Shown in pieces: positions 55,712-64,000 of a DNA stretch of 64,000 bases. The stretch comes from an uncultured Candidatus Nemicrothrix sp. (GTDB taxonomy: Bacteria > Actinomycetota > Acidimicrobiia > Acidimicrobiales > Aldehydirespiratoraceae). A program made the position numbers and the translations under genes. The stretch is taken from the NCBI GenBank assembly GCA_964504305.1, contig CAZDEB010000003.1, positions 212,047 through 276,046 of the forward strand, in the 5' to 3' direction. The notes under the pieces were generated by a model. The model worked only from the letters and a program-made list of their open reading frames with translations, made no database searches and was not told where the DNA came from. The stretch's first letter is position 1, and every line of letters starts with the position of its first letter.

Positions 55712-57586
55712 TTAGGGCATCGAACGGAGGATCGATCGGATTCGTTGGAACGCGGCGACCAGCTCGCGGAATGGATCTTCGCCCGGGGTCATGGTGACGA
55801 TGAACGACCCCTGGCCCCGTAGATGAGGGACAACGCCCGCCTTGACGATGCTTGACTTGCCAGAGCCCGACGGTCCGACAACCGCACAGAAATGATTGGC
55901 CGTCAAATGATCCAAAATCTTGGCCGTCAGGTCGCCGCGGCCGAAAAAGTTGTCGACGTCGGACTCGTCGAACGCTTGGAGCCCTTTGTAAGGGTTGGCA
56001 ATCTCTCGGGTGGACTCGGGCGCCACCGGGGGATGTCTGGTCGAGTGGGTCAGCGCCTCCGCAAACGTGATGGCCGACTTGAAGCGGTCATCGGGTCGAG
56101 TGGCCGTGGCGAGAGAAACCGCCTCGTAGACATCCTCGTCACCGGGCGCTATCAGCACCGACAGGTCTGACACGCCTGCTCGGACCGCGGCGTGGCAGGC
56201 CTCGGCCGACAGAGCTCGCGGCTCGATGGCTCGTCCCAGCAACGCTTCGAGCGTGCTAACCCCCAGGGCGTAGATATCCGCGGTTGGCGACGCCGCATTG
56301 AACGCCCACCCTTCTGGTGGGTGATAGAGCATGTCGCGTGGCCGAGCTCTGGGTCGGTAGTCGATGTTGGCTTCGACCGCGGCGAGGCCGAAGTCGCCCA
56401 AGTAGGCATTGTGTTGCAGATCGAACATGATGTTGCTGGGTCGAACATCACGATGCAAGACGCCTCGGCGGTGAGCAGTTGCCAACGCTGAGCTGATCTG
56501 AGCCACCCACCTTGCGACCATCGATGGCTCCTGCGGTGTGCCGTCAAGACGATCATCAAGGGTTCCGCCGGCCAGGAAGCGCATTACCAGGTAAGCCCCG
56601 TCAGGGTCTCGCCAAAAATCGTATAGGGGTACGATGTTTGGATGTTCGAGTCGCCCAATGATGTGGGCTTCGGCTTCGAAGTGGCGAATGAATTCGGGAC
56701 GGTCGGCGACTTCTTTGCGGATCACCTTGATGGCGACCGGCCGTCCAAGGCCGGGTTGGACCGAACGGTGCACCACTCCAAAGGCCCCGGCTCCGATCTC
56801 TTCGTGGAGCTCGTAGCCGCGTAACTGCTGCTTGGTCGCATGATAGGCGAGGCTCGGATCGCGACGAGCAATTCGCGTGTCGAGATCCCTCAGAGCGTCA
56901 GAGGGATCAAGTCCGGTTTCCTCGCCGAGAAGGCGCCGGAAATCTTGGTAGGCGCGGAGTGCCTCGACCTGGGCCCCGCACCGGTACAGCGCCAGCATGG
57001 TGAGACGAACCGGTTCCTCGCGCAGAGGTTCGCGTGCGACCAAACTGGCCAGGTCCGAAAGAACCGACCGATGGTCACCAAGCTCCATCCGTGCCCCCAC
57101 CGCGGCTTCCATCGTGAGTGACAGCCGCTCTTCGAGCCGATGGGCTTCGGCATCAAAGGGCCGGTCGAGGGCGAGGACGCCAAAGGCGGGCCCGCTCCAC
57201 AAGGCGATGGCCCGCTCGAGCATCGAGCTCTGTTCGGTAACCGCGGCTGGTCCGGCGATAGCGCTCTGCAACAGCTCCTCGAATTGCATGGCGTCGACTT
57301 GGACCTCCCCAAGGTTGAGTCGATAAGCGTTGTCCCCGGTCTCGATGGAGGAGTCACCCAGAACTCGCCTCAATCGGGCGACGTAGGTTCGCAGCGTGTC
57401 GGATGGTGAGGCCGGCGAAGTGGTCGGGTCGGGCCAGACCGCCTCAGAAAGGGCATCAAGGCCGACCCAGCGGCCCGGGTGGGTTGCCAGTGCGGCGAGG
57501 GCGCGACGCTGGTTGGGTCCACCCACCTTGATCGGGTTGCCACGGTCGTCGATAGCCCCGACCTCGCCTAGCACCGCGATTCGCAC
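55712..57586 (-). CDS. N-terminal fragment: SARP winged helix + BTAD + Ser/Thr kinase + STAND Walker A
   Basis: I.VLG.V, GG..QRR.LA.L, DA.QFE, EPLREE...MLALYRCG.Q.EAL..Y (BTAD); IGAGAFG, VAIK, HRDVRPSN, DFG; NPYKGL..F.E.D...FFGR, GPSGSGKSS. GTG start after GGGAGG. Confidence 0.87.
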   Translation of the reverse strand: MRIAVLGEVGAIDDRGNPIKVGGPNQRRALAALATHPGRWVGLDALSEAVWPDPTTSPASPSDTLRTYVARLRRVLGDSSIETGDNAYRLNLGEVQVDAMQFEELLQSAIAGPAAVTEQSSMLERAIALWSGPAFGVLALDRPFDAEAHRLEERLSLTMEAAVGARMELGDHRSVLSDLASLVAREPLREEPVRLTMLALYRCGAQVEALRAYQDFRRLLGEETGLDPSDALRDLDTRIARRDPSLAYHATKQQLRGYELHEEIGAGAFGVVHRSVQPGLGRPVAIKVIRKEVADRPEFIRHFEAEAHIIGRLEHPNIVPLYDFWRDPDGAYLVMRFLAGGTLDDRLDGTPQEPSMVARWVAQISSALATAHRRGVLHRDVRPSNIMFDLQHNAYLGDFGLAAVEANIDYRPRARPRDMLYHPPEGWAFNAASPTADIYALGVSTLEALLGRAIEPRALSAEACHAAVRAGVSDLSVLIAPGDEDVYEAVSLATATRPDDRFKSAITFAEALTHSTRHPPVAPESTREIANPYKGLQAFDESDVDNFFGRGDLTAKILDHLTANHFCAVVGPSGSGKSSIVKAGVVPHLRGQGSFIVTMTPGEDPFRELVAAFQRIRSILRSMP

Positions 57587-57631
57587 TTCCACCCTCCCGC
57601 TCGTGGGATATAGCCGCATTGCTAGTCGAGC

Positions 57632-57653
57632 GACCTTTCAAGGACCTGTCAAC
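57632..57653. promoter_or_regulatory. 11-nt-period direct repeat (SARP/winged-helix site candidate)
   Basis: GACCTTTCAAG GACCTGTCAAC in tandem; related GGCCTTTCA at 57674. Confidence 0.5.
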
Positions 57654-57827
57654 CGGAGTTGCGCCATATGTCGGGCCTTTCAGCGCTATCGCGCCCGCTC
57701 GTGCCTTGTCACGAACCGTCGTGACAGCCAGCTGTTAGGTCGTGACGCGAGGGTGCCATTCGGGAGTCGACCGACTTTCGGATGGCATTCCAACCGGAAA
57801 ATATTCAACAGACAGGAGCGGGTTGAG

Positions 57828-58475
57828 ATGAGTGAATACGAAGCAATTAACGAGAGTCGACGCCGGGTGCTACGCAGTGCCGGACTGGTGGCTGGTGGGG
57901 CCGCCGTTGCGACGGTGTTGCCGGCCGCCGTGGCGGCTGCTTCAGACGACGATGACAATGACGATGCGGTGACACTCGATGTGGCGTGCGACAACGCGAC
58001 GTTTACCCTGGCGGTTCCGGAGCCGAGGGTCACGGAGTTTCCCGTCGGCGAGGGTTTCCCGCCACAGGGCTCGACGTTTTACGTCGAGGGGGCGCTTTTC
58101 CACGGAGGCACGATCCCCATCGGTGGTTCGAACTGGGATTATGCGGGCAATCTCTCTCACGCCATCGGCCACTGGATGTGTTACGGCTGGTTTGTGCACA
58201 CGGCGGCCCGCTTCGACCCCCACATCGTGTCGAACCACAGCTATTTACTGGACCGGATTTCCCAGCAGGAACCGTTCCCTCACAACCAGATGCAGAGCCA
58301 CGGACTAGAGGGGACCTTTGGCGGGGCCGTCGCTCACCGATCGGTGATTGGTGGAACCGGACGATACAACGGCGCGAGCGGCACTGTTCGCCAGACCGTT
58401 ATTGGTACGAACTCCACCCGCGACGACTTCGACTTCGAGGGGCTCAATTTCCGTTTCGTCTTCGAAGACTCGTGA
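57828..58475 (+). CDS. Tat-signal hypothetical protein, dirigent/allene-oxide-cyclase-like barrel (paralog B)
   Basis: CAGGAG RBS, ATG 57828; ESRRRVL twin-arginine signal + VAAAS; RSVIGGTGRYNGASGTV motif; shares motifs with 51768..52397. Confidence 0.72.
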   Translation: MSEYEAINESRRRVLRSAGLVAGGAAVATVLPAAVAAASDDDDNDDAVTLDVACDNATFTLAVPEPRVTEFPVGEGFPPQGSTFYVEGALFHGGTIPIGGSNWDYAGNLSHAIGHWMCYGWFVHTAARFDPHIVSNHSYLLDRISQQEPFPHNQMQSHGLEGTFGGAVAHRSVIGGTGRYNGASGTVRQTVIGTNSTRDDFDFEGLNFRFVFEDS

Positions 58476-58496
58476 GCCCCGAAGACTGGCGATCGG

Positions 58497-58760
58497 CTAG
58501 TCGGCGGTAACGCCAGGCCAGTAACAAGCGAATCGATGACCGGTGGCATCAACGGCTGGGCCGCGTAGCGAGCGGCTCAGCCCGAGATCGCGTTCGGCCA
58601 AAAGGCTCGAAAGGTTCCAGATTGCTTTGACGTCGAGCGAATCGACTGCAACGCAGGGTCCACTACGCATGCCCTCACCAACATAGTTGGCACGAGCCCG
58701 TCCTCCCGCCTGCGCTGCGGTCTCCGCCAGCAGCGCAAATTGATCGGAGTTCAGTTTCAT
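58497..58760 (-). CDS. Small hypothetical protein
   Basis: 87-aa ORF from ATG 58760; YxGxGMxxxxC...DxxG....YWP pattern. Confidence 0.5.
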   Translation of the reverse strand: MKLNSDQFALLAETAAQAGGRARANYVGEGMRSGPCVAVDSLDVKAIWNLSSLLAERDLGLSRSLRGPAVDATGHRFACYWPGVTAD

Positions 58761-58924
58761 TTTCGCGGCCCCCAAGCCACTATTTGTCGGCCGTGATCAT
58801 GACACTTCGCAACACAAACGTAAAGTCGTTGCGGCTATTTATATTCGGCGTGTTCTGGCGAAGCCGGGCTGTAGCTGGACGCTAGTGACGAACTAGGGTG
58901 GGGCTAGCCGGCGTCTGGAGCACC

Positions 58925-59359
58925 ATGGCGAATCAAGTTATTTCTGCCGAACGGATGATGGACCATGATTCGTCAGCAATCTTCGATGTGTTGGCGAGTC
59001 CCGCCGGGCACTTGAAGATGGACGGGTCTGGCACCGTAAGGGGCGTAGTTCGGGGCCCGGATCGGCTTTCGCTCGACGCCAAGTTTGTTATGAGGATGAG
59101 TCTCGGTGTGCCGTATCTCATGACCAGCAGAGTCAAAGAGTTCAAGGAAAATCGTCTCATTGCGTGGGCCCACTTCAGTGGTCATCGCTGGCGGTACGAA
59201 CTAGAGCCGGTCGACGATGGCACAAGGGTTACCGAGTCCTTCGACTGGTCGACGGCGCGGTCCCCCCGCCTGATCGAGCTCTTGGGTTACCCCGAGCGTC
59301 ACAAAGCCAACCTCATTGCGACGCTCGAACGGTTAGATGCCGTTGTCGCGGCGGCTTAG
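58925..59359 (+). CDS. SRPBCC (START-like) family protein
   Basis: IFDVLA.P..H..MDGSGTV, RLIAW, H.WRYELEP, T.VTESFDW; GGAG RBS. Confidence 0.85.
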   Translation: MANQVISAERMMDHDSSAIFDVLASPAGHLKMDGSGTVRGVVRGPDRLSLDAKFVMRMSLGVPYLMTSRVKEFKENRLIAWAHFSGHRWRYELEPVDDGTRVTESFDWSTARSPRLIELLGYPERHKANLIATLERLDAVVAAA

Positions 59360-59370
59360 GCGCCACGGTC

Positions 59371-60846
59371 ATGCAGCAGCTCTCTGGTCTGGACACAACG
59401 TTTCTCAATATCGAAACGTCGACGACTTACGGACATGTCAGCGGCCTTGCCGTGTTCGATCCCCCCGAACAGCCCGGCGCCGAGACTTTCGCACAGCTCC
59501 GAGATTTGATCGCCGAACGTATTCACTTGCTGCCGCCGTATCGGCGGCGACTGGTCGAAGTGCCGTTTGGGCTGGACCAGCCGTACTGGATCGAAGATCC
59601 CGACTTTGATCTCGACTTCCACCTACGCCACATTGGTCTGCCCCCAGACGGCACACCTCATCAACTTGCCGAGCAAGTAGAGCGCATCGTGGCTCGACCG
59701 CTCGACCGTACTCGGCCCCTGTGGGAGCTCTATGTGATCGAAGGCCTCGAGGGTGGCCGTATTGCACAGCTCACCAAGATTCACCACTGCGCGATCGACG
59801 GGGTATCCGGCGCCGAGATGTTGGCCAACTTGCTCGACCTGGAGGCCACGCCCCGAGTTGTCGAACCCCCGGCGAAACCGTGGCGGCCCGACGCCGAGCC
59901 GTCCGAGCTCGAGATGCTCGGTCGGGGGCTGGCATCAATCGCGTTCAAACCGGCCAAGGGAATTCGTCTGATGCGCGACAGCCTGCGCAACCTTCCCGCG
60001 GTCGCAAAGTCGGTGGGCGTCGAATTGCCGGAGTTTGATCGGATCCGCCACGGGGACTTCGATTCGTCGATGTTGTCGGTGGCCCCCACAATGCCCCCGC
60101 GCGTCTCGTTCAACGCCCGCATCGGGCCGCATCGGCGATTTGCGTTTGAGTCGATAAGGCTTCAGGCCTTCAAGGAGATAAAGACGGCCTTTGGCGTCAC
60201 CCTCAACGATGTGGTGATGACCGTTTGTGCCGAGGCTTTGCGGCGGTATCTGGTCGAACGTGACGAACTGCCCGACGCGTCGCTTGTGGCGATGGTTCCC
60301 GTTTCGGTGCGCACCGAAGACCAAGCCGGCGAAGGTGGCAACCAAGTAGCGAGCATGACCGCATCGCTTCACACCGACATCGAGGACATCGCCGAACGTT
60401 TGGGCGCAGTTCACGACTCGATGCAGATCGCCAAGCAATCCCACAAGGCGCTACCGGCGACTCTTCTTCAGGACTTCGCCCAGTTCTCGCCCCCCGCAGT
60501 TGCCGCCCGAGCGGCTCGCACCATAGCCAGAGCCTCGGCCCGAGCCTGGGTCGATCTGCCCTACAACGTGGTGATCTCCAACGTGCCTGGCCCTCAAATC
60601 CCGCTTTATGCGGTCGGTTCCAAGCTTTTGGCCAACTATCCGGTGTCGACGATCCACGACGGGGTTGGCCTCAACATGACTGTGCAGTCCTACAACGGTT
60701 CGCTCGACTTCGGACTCGTGGGCTGCCGCGACCTTGTGCCCGATATCTGGGACATTATGGACCATCTAAAGGATGCGGTCGACGAACTTCATTCGCTTGT
60801 TGACGAAACCGATTCGAACCCTAGAAACGAAAGCGATCCGGCATGA
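59371..60846 (+). CDS. Wax ester synthase/diacylglycerol acyltransferase
   Basis: MQQLSGLD..FL..E, YWIEDP.FDLD.H, PLDRTRPLWE, KIHHCAIDG catalytic motif, TLNDVV, SNVPGP. Confidence 0.93.
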   Translation: MQQLSGLDTTFLNIETSTTYGHVSGLAVFDPPEQPGAETFAQLRDLIAERIHLLPPYRRRLVEVPFGLDQPYWIEDPDFDLDFHLRHIGLPPDGTPHQLAEQVERIVARPLDRTRPLWELYVIEGLEGGRIAQLTKIHHCAIDGVSGAEMLANLLDLEATPRVVEPPAKPWRPDAEPSELEMLGRGLASIAFKPAKGIRLMRDSLRNLPAVAKSVGVELPEFDRIRHGDFDSSMLSVAPTMPPRVSFNARIGPHRRFAFESIRLQAFKEIKTAFGVTLNDVVMTVCAEALRRYLVERDELPDASLVAMVPVSVRTEDQAGEGGNQVASMTASLHTDIEDIAERLGAVHDSMQIAKQSHKALPATLLQDFAQFSPPAVAARAARTIARASARAWVDLPYNVVISNVPGPQIPLYAVGSKLLANYPVSTIHDGVGLNMTVQSYNGSLDFGLVGCRDLVPDIWDIMDHLKDAVDELHSLVDETDSNPRNESDPA

Positions 60847-62411
60847 AAGAGCTTGTTTACCACCGCGGTCTGTTGCCGGCGCTCGACGAGTACGCCGACA
60901 AGGTCGGGTTCATCGACGGCGAATATAGGGGCACCTTCGCCGAGCATGGGGATCGAGTTTTCCGGCTCTGCACGGCGATGCGAGAGAAGTTGGGCATCAC
61001 TTCGGACGCTCGCTTCGCGGTGATGGCTACCAACAGCCACCAATACCTCGAACTTTGGCATGCCGCGTTCCTGGGCGCGGGTGTGATGAATCCGCTCAAT
61101 CTTCGCCTCGCTGGTCCCGAGCTCGATTACATCGTGCGCGATTCGGGTACCGAAGTAGTTTTCGTCGACGCATTTTTTGCTCAGCATTTTGCCAATGCCA
61201 TGGCCGCGAGTCCCGACCCGAGTCCGATTCGCCACGTTGTGTTGATTGGTGATGCCGACGTCCCTCACGACATCAAGTACGAGGACCTCATATCGGGGGT
61301 CGCGGCCGACGTTCCCGACGAACCATACGAAGACGACCCGGTCGTGCTGATGTATACCGGCGGCACAACCGGACTTCCCAAAGGGGTGGTGCTCACCCAT
61401 CGCGCCCAGATGCTCAACTTGTATCACGTGGCGATGGTCGTGCCGTTTGACTCCGAGAACACCTACTTGCACCAGACTCCGATGTTTCACGCCGCATCGA
61501 TGGGCGGAATCCTCGGCACGCCCGCGACCGGAGGCGTCACTGTCTTCATGCCGCTGTTTGACCCGGGCGGGGCAATGGCGCTGATCGAAGAGCACTCGGT
61601 AACCCAAACAATGATGGTCCCCACGATGGTGGGCATGGTCTTGAACCATCCCGACTACCGTCCGCAACGACTCGACTCGTTGACCCAACTCACCTACGGC
61701 GCTTCGCCCATGCCGGCCGCGCTTCTCGACAAGGTGCTGACCACCTACCCAGACCTCAACGTCACCCAGGGATACGGGATGACCGAGTGCTGCGCGTTGC
61801 TCACTTGGCTTGATGCCGACGAACATCGCAAGGGCGGACCACGGGTCCGGTCCGCGGGCAAACCGGTGCTCGGCATCAGTTTGAGCATTCGGGACGAGGA
61901 CGGCAACGAGGTTCCCCGCGGCGAAACCGGCGAGGTTTGTGCGCGGGCCGGCAACTTCATGACGGAGTATTGGAACAAGCCCGAGGCCACCGCCGAAGCC
62001 TTCGCCGGTGGCTGGTATCACACCGGCGACGCCGGTTATCTCGACGACGAGGGCTTTTTGTTTCTGGTCGATCGGGTGAAGGACATGATCGTTACGGGCG
62101 GCGAGAACGTGTACTCGGCCGAGGTCGAGTCGGCGATCTCGCGTCACGACGCAGTCGAGCAGGTGGCTGTCATCGGCATTCCCCACGACACGTGGGGCGA
62201 ACAGGTCCACGCGGTGGTCGTTTGTCGAGCCGGTGTCACCGTCGAGGCCGACGAGTTGCAGGCTTTTGCCAAAGAGCAGATTGCCGGCTACAAGGTGCCA
62301 AAGTCGATCGAGTTCAGAGAAGATCCACTGCCACTGTCCGGGGCCATGAAGGTGCTCAAGCGCGAACTTCGGGCACCGTACTGGGGCGACCAGGACAGGT
62401 CCGTCAACTAA
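60843..62411 (+). CDS. Long-chain-fatty-acid--CoA ligase
   Basis: YTGGTTGLPKGV, PMFHAA, QGYGMTE, HTGDAG, DRVKDMIVTGGENVYS.EVE, SGAMKVLK. Confidence 0.92.
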   Translation: MKELVYHRGLLPALDEYADKVGFIDGEYRGTFAEHGDRVFRLCTAMREKLGITSDARFAVMATNSHQYLELWHAAFLGAGVMNPLNLRLAGPELDYIVRDSGTEVVFVDAFFAQHFANAMAASPDPSPIRHVVLIGDADVPHDIKYEDLISGVAADVPDEPYEDDPVVLMYTGGTTGLPKGVVLTHRAQMLNLYHVAMVVPFDSENTYLHQTPMFHAASMGGILGTPATGGVTVFMPLFDPGGAMALIEEHSVTQTMMVPTMVGMVLNHPDYRPQRLDSLTQLTYGASPMPAALLDKVLTTYPDLNVTQGYGMTECCALLTWLDADEHRKGGPRVRSAGKPVLGISLSIRDEDGNEVPRGETGEVCARAGNFMTEYWNKPEATAEAFAGGWYHTGDAGYLDDEGFLFLVDRVKDMIVTGGENVYSAEVESAISRHDAVEQVAVIGIPHDTWGEQVHAVVVCRAGVTVEADELQAFAKEQIAGYKVPKSIEFREDPLPLSGAMKVLKRELRAPYWGDQDRSVN

Positions 62412-62432
62412 CGAACCGGTGATCGGGTACTG

Positions 62433-62909
62433 CTAGTCGACGCCGGGCGCCGAGGTGCGGCGCTGTTGCGCGAACTGGGTGATCTCGTCGACAGCGAGCG
62501 ACGGGCACGAGAGCTTCCACGTCCACGCGGTCACAACAAACGCATTGTCGAGGTTCGGATCGGGTGCTGCGACCACGTCGAGGACAGATAGCGCCCCGGC
62601 GTCGGAAGAGGTCAATTGGTCTCGATGCTGTACCACGACCCCACCGGCCTCCAAGATCCTCACCTGGACCGCCTCGGCGAGGGGTGTGTCCAAAACCCCC
62701 GAGGGGGTCGGACCCGAAGCGTGAGGGCCAGAGGTCGGAGGATGAGTCAGGTACTGGTAGCCATCATCGGTCAGGACGTGCATATTGCTCTGCGGATCTT
62801 CTGATTCTCGTACTTCGTTGCAGGTGTTGGTCGACGCGCCGATGCACGCGGCGGCGCCGACGGCCACAAGCAGACCCAGACCCAACAACCTCAATGCCCG
62901 ATAACGCAC
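62433..62909 (-). CDS. DUF3105-like lipoprotein
   Basis: Lipobox AAACI; Y...PPTSGPH, LEAGGVVVQ, VTAW.W.L.C. Confidence 0.75.
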   Translation of the reverse strand: MRYRALRLLGLGLLVAVGAAACIGASTNTCNEVRESEDPQSNMHVLTDDGYQYLTHPPTSGPHASGPTPSGVLDTPLAEAVQVRILEAGGVVVQHRDQLTSSDAGALSVLDVVAAPDPNLDNAFVVTAWTWKLSCPSLAVDEITQFAQQRRTSAPGVD

Positions 62910-62986
62910 GCAACAATGATGCCGTTGTTGGTCGACTAAAGCGCACCCCGAATCGGGCGGCTACGCCCGCGGTCTATGATGAAGCC

Positions 62987-63274
62987 ATGTCACGGGCCCA
63001 GATCGAGCGGCGACTTCGAGCGGTAAGTGCGCAACTCAAATCGGCGCGTGACGATCTCGCCGTGAGCGAGGAACAACTGGTCCACCTCGCCGACGAAGCC
63101 GACGACGCTCGCTTGCGGGCGTTGGTGTCAGAAACGCCGGTCGCCGAGCGGGCTCACCGCAAAGCCAGCCGACACGCCGAGCGGTTGCGCAAACATCGCG
63201 ATCGTCTCAGCGCCTCGATCGAGGCGTTGGAGGCCGAGCAAGACCAACTGCTCGACCGCCTTATCGCGTCGTGA
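62987..63274 (+). CDS. Conserved coiled-coil hypothetical protein
   Basis: TATGAT hexamer 6 nt before ATG 62987; heptad-rich 95-aa product; GTGA overlap with next gene. Confidence 0.7.
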   Translation: MSRAQIERRLRAVSAQLKSARDDLAVSEEQLVHLADEADDARLRALVSETPVAERAHRKASRHAERLRKHRDRLSASIEALEAEQDQLLDRLIAS

Positions 63275-63849
63275 GTGGTCCAACCGTTGTTGTCGCCGAG
63301 GACGAAGCAATAATCCGACTCGACTTGGTCGAACTCCTTATCGACGAGGGATACGACGTTTTGGCCGACTGCGGTCGCGGTGACGATGCAGTTCGTCTGG
63401 CTGTCGACCATGTTCCGGATCTGGTGCTGCTCGACGTCAAGATGCCGGGCCTTACCGGGATCGAGGCGGCGTCGGCGATCGTCGATCAGACGTCGGCCGC
63501 GGTGGTGATGCTCACCGCGTTCAGCCAACGAGAACTTATCGACGAAGCGTCCGACGCCGGCGCTATGGCCTATTTGGTGAAGCCCTATCAACGAGACGAA
63601 TTGGTCGCGGCGCTGAGGCTCGCACTGGCTCGCCGTCGCGAGGCCGAGATGCTCAACGGGCGCGTCCTCGAACTCGAAGCTCGCTTCGAGGAGCGCAAGC
63701 TGATCGATCGAGCCAAAGGCCGACTGATGGACGAGTTGGGCCTCTCCGAGAACGACGCCTTCGCCGCACTACGCCGCGACGCCATGTCGGGGCGTAGACG
63801 CATGATCGACGTAGCCAACGATGTGCTGGCTGGCCCTGCTGCGAACTGA
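63271..63849 (+). CDS. pdtaR: ANTAR-domain response regulator
   Basis: AEDEAIIRLDL, LDVKMP (Asp), TAFSQRELI, YLVKP, ERKLIDRAKG.LM ANTAR domain; adjacent to polA as in other Actinobacteria. Confidence 0.88.
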   Translation: MSGPTVVVAEDEAIIRLDLVELLIDEGYDVLADCGRGDDAVRLAVDHVPDLVLLDVKMPGLTGIEAASAIVDQTSAAVVMLTAFSQRELIDEASDAGAMAYLVKPYQRDELVAALRLALARRREAEMLNGRVLELEARFEERKLIDRAKGRLMDELGLSENDAFAALRRDAMSGRRRMIDVANDVLAGPAAN

Positions 63850-63873
63850 GTCCACGCGTTAGGGTCGAGCCCA

Positions 63874-64000
63874 ATGGCCACCGTGATGCTCATCGACGGA
63901 AACTCCCTCACTTACCGGGCGTTCTTCGCACTACCCACTGACATGGCGACCGCATCAGGTCAGGTGACCAACGCAGTGTTCGGGTTCACTTCGATGCTCA
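63874..64000 (+). CDS. polA: DNA polymerase I, 5' end (truncated by window edge)
   Basis: MATVMLIDGNSLTYRAFFALP...TNAVFGFTSML, the 5'-3' exonuclease N-terminus. Confidence 0.92.
   Translation, partial: MATVMLIDGNSLTYRAFFALPTDMATASGQVTNAVFGFTSML

Larger units (their letters stand above)
52407..57586 (-). pseudogene. Single multidomain SARP-kinase-STAND-WD40 gene interrupted by a frameshift near 55720-55750
   Basis: Walker A and Walker B of one NTPase lie in different frames; the downstream frame is open across the junction (PTNPIDPPFDALNALTTS) and needs +1 nt to join. Confidence 0.7.

Noticed and set aside
55720-55750. Programmed -1 ribosomal frameshift
   Set aside because: No slippery heptamer or obvious downstream stimulator; mutation or sequencing error is more parsimonious.
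50567-63270. Prophage or integrative element at tRNA-Leu
   Set aside because: No integrase, phage structural genes or duplicated tRNA 3' end (attR) found by eye; kept only as a weaker accessory-block inference.

Overview
High-GC actinobacterial chromosomal segment. Gene content and order (pgsA2-gcvH-garA-MerR cluster, mycothione reductase, ANTAR regulator next to polA, type II FAS cluster) fit class Acidimicrobiia; this is an inference from gene content. About 65 genes, mostly housekeeping or lipid metabolism: partial GH2 beta-galactosidase, selD with an in-frame UGA (Sec) and a SECIS-like hairpin, a cobalamin-riboswitch-led ABC importer, dusB, a Maf/PLP-decarboxylase fusion, the garA cluster with hpt and gcvT, aroC, glpD, mtr, gcvP behind a tandem glycine riboswitch, steroid/acyl-CoA catabolism-type genes, an ECF sigma with two zf-HC2 proteins, hup, fabZ/F/acpP/G/H/D, tRNA-Leu(CAA), WS/DGAT, pdtaR and the start of polA. 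No CRISPR array, integrase or transposase was seen. The best candidate for an undescribed system is at 51768-58475: a frameshifted SARP/BTAD-kinase-STAND NTPase-WD40 gene flanked by two paralogous Tat-signal proteins with a dirigent/allene-oxide-cyclase-like motif, with 11-nt direct repeats in the divergent promoter. Other oddities are a 15-nt VNTR that multiplies a start/stop overlap, a FabD carrying a lysine-less biotinyl-like domain, a DUF35 protein without its Zn cysteines, and a probable ATC-initiated leaderless gene. No database searches or computations were run; family calls rest on motifs recognised by eye.
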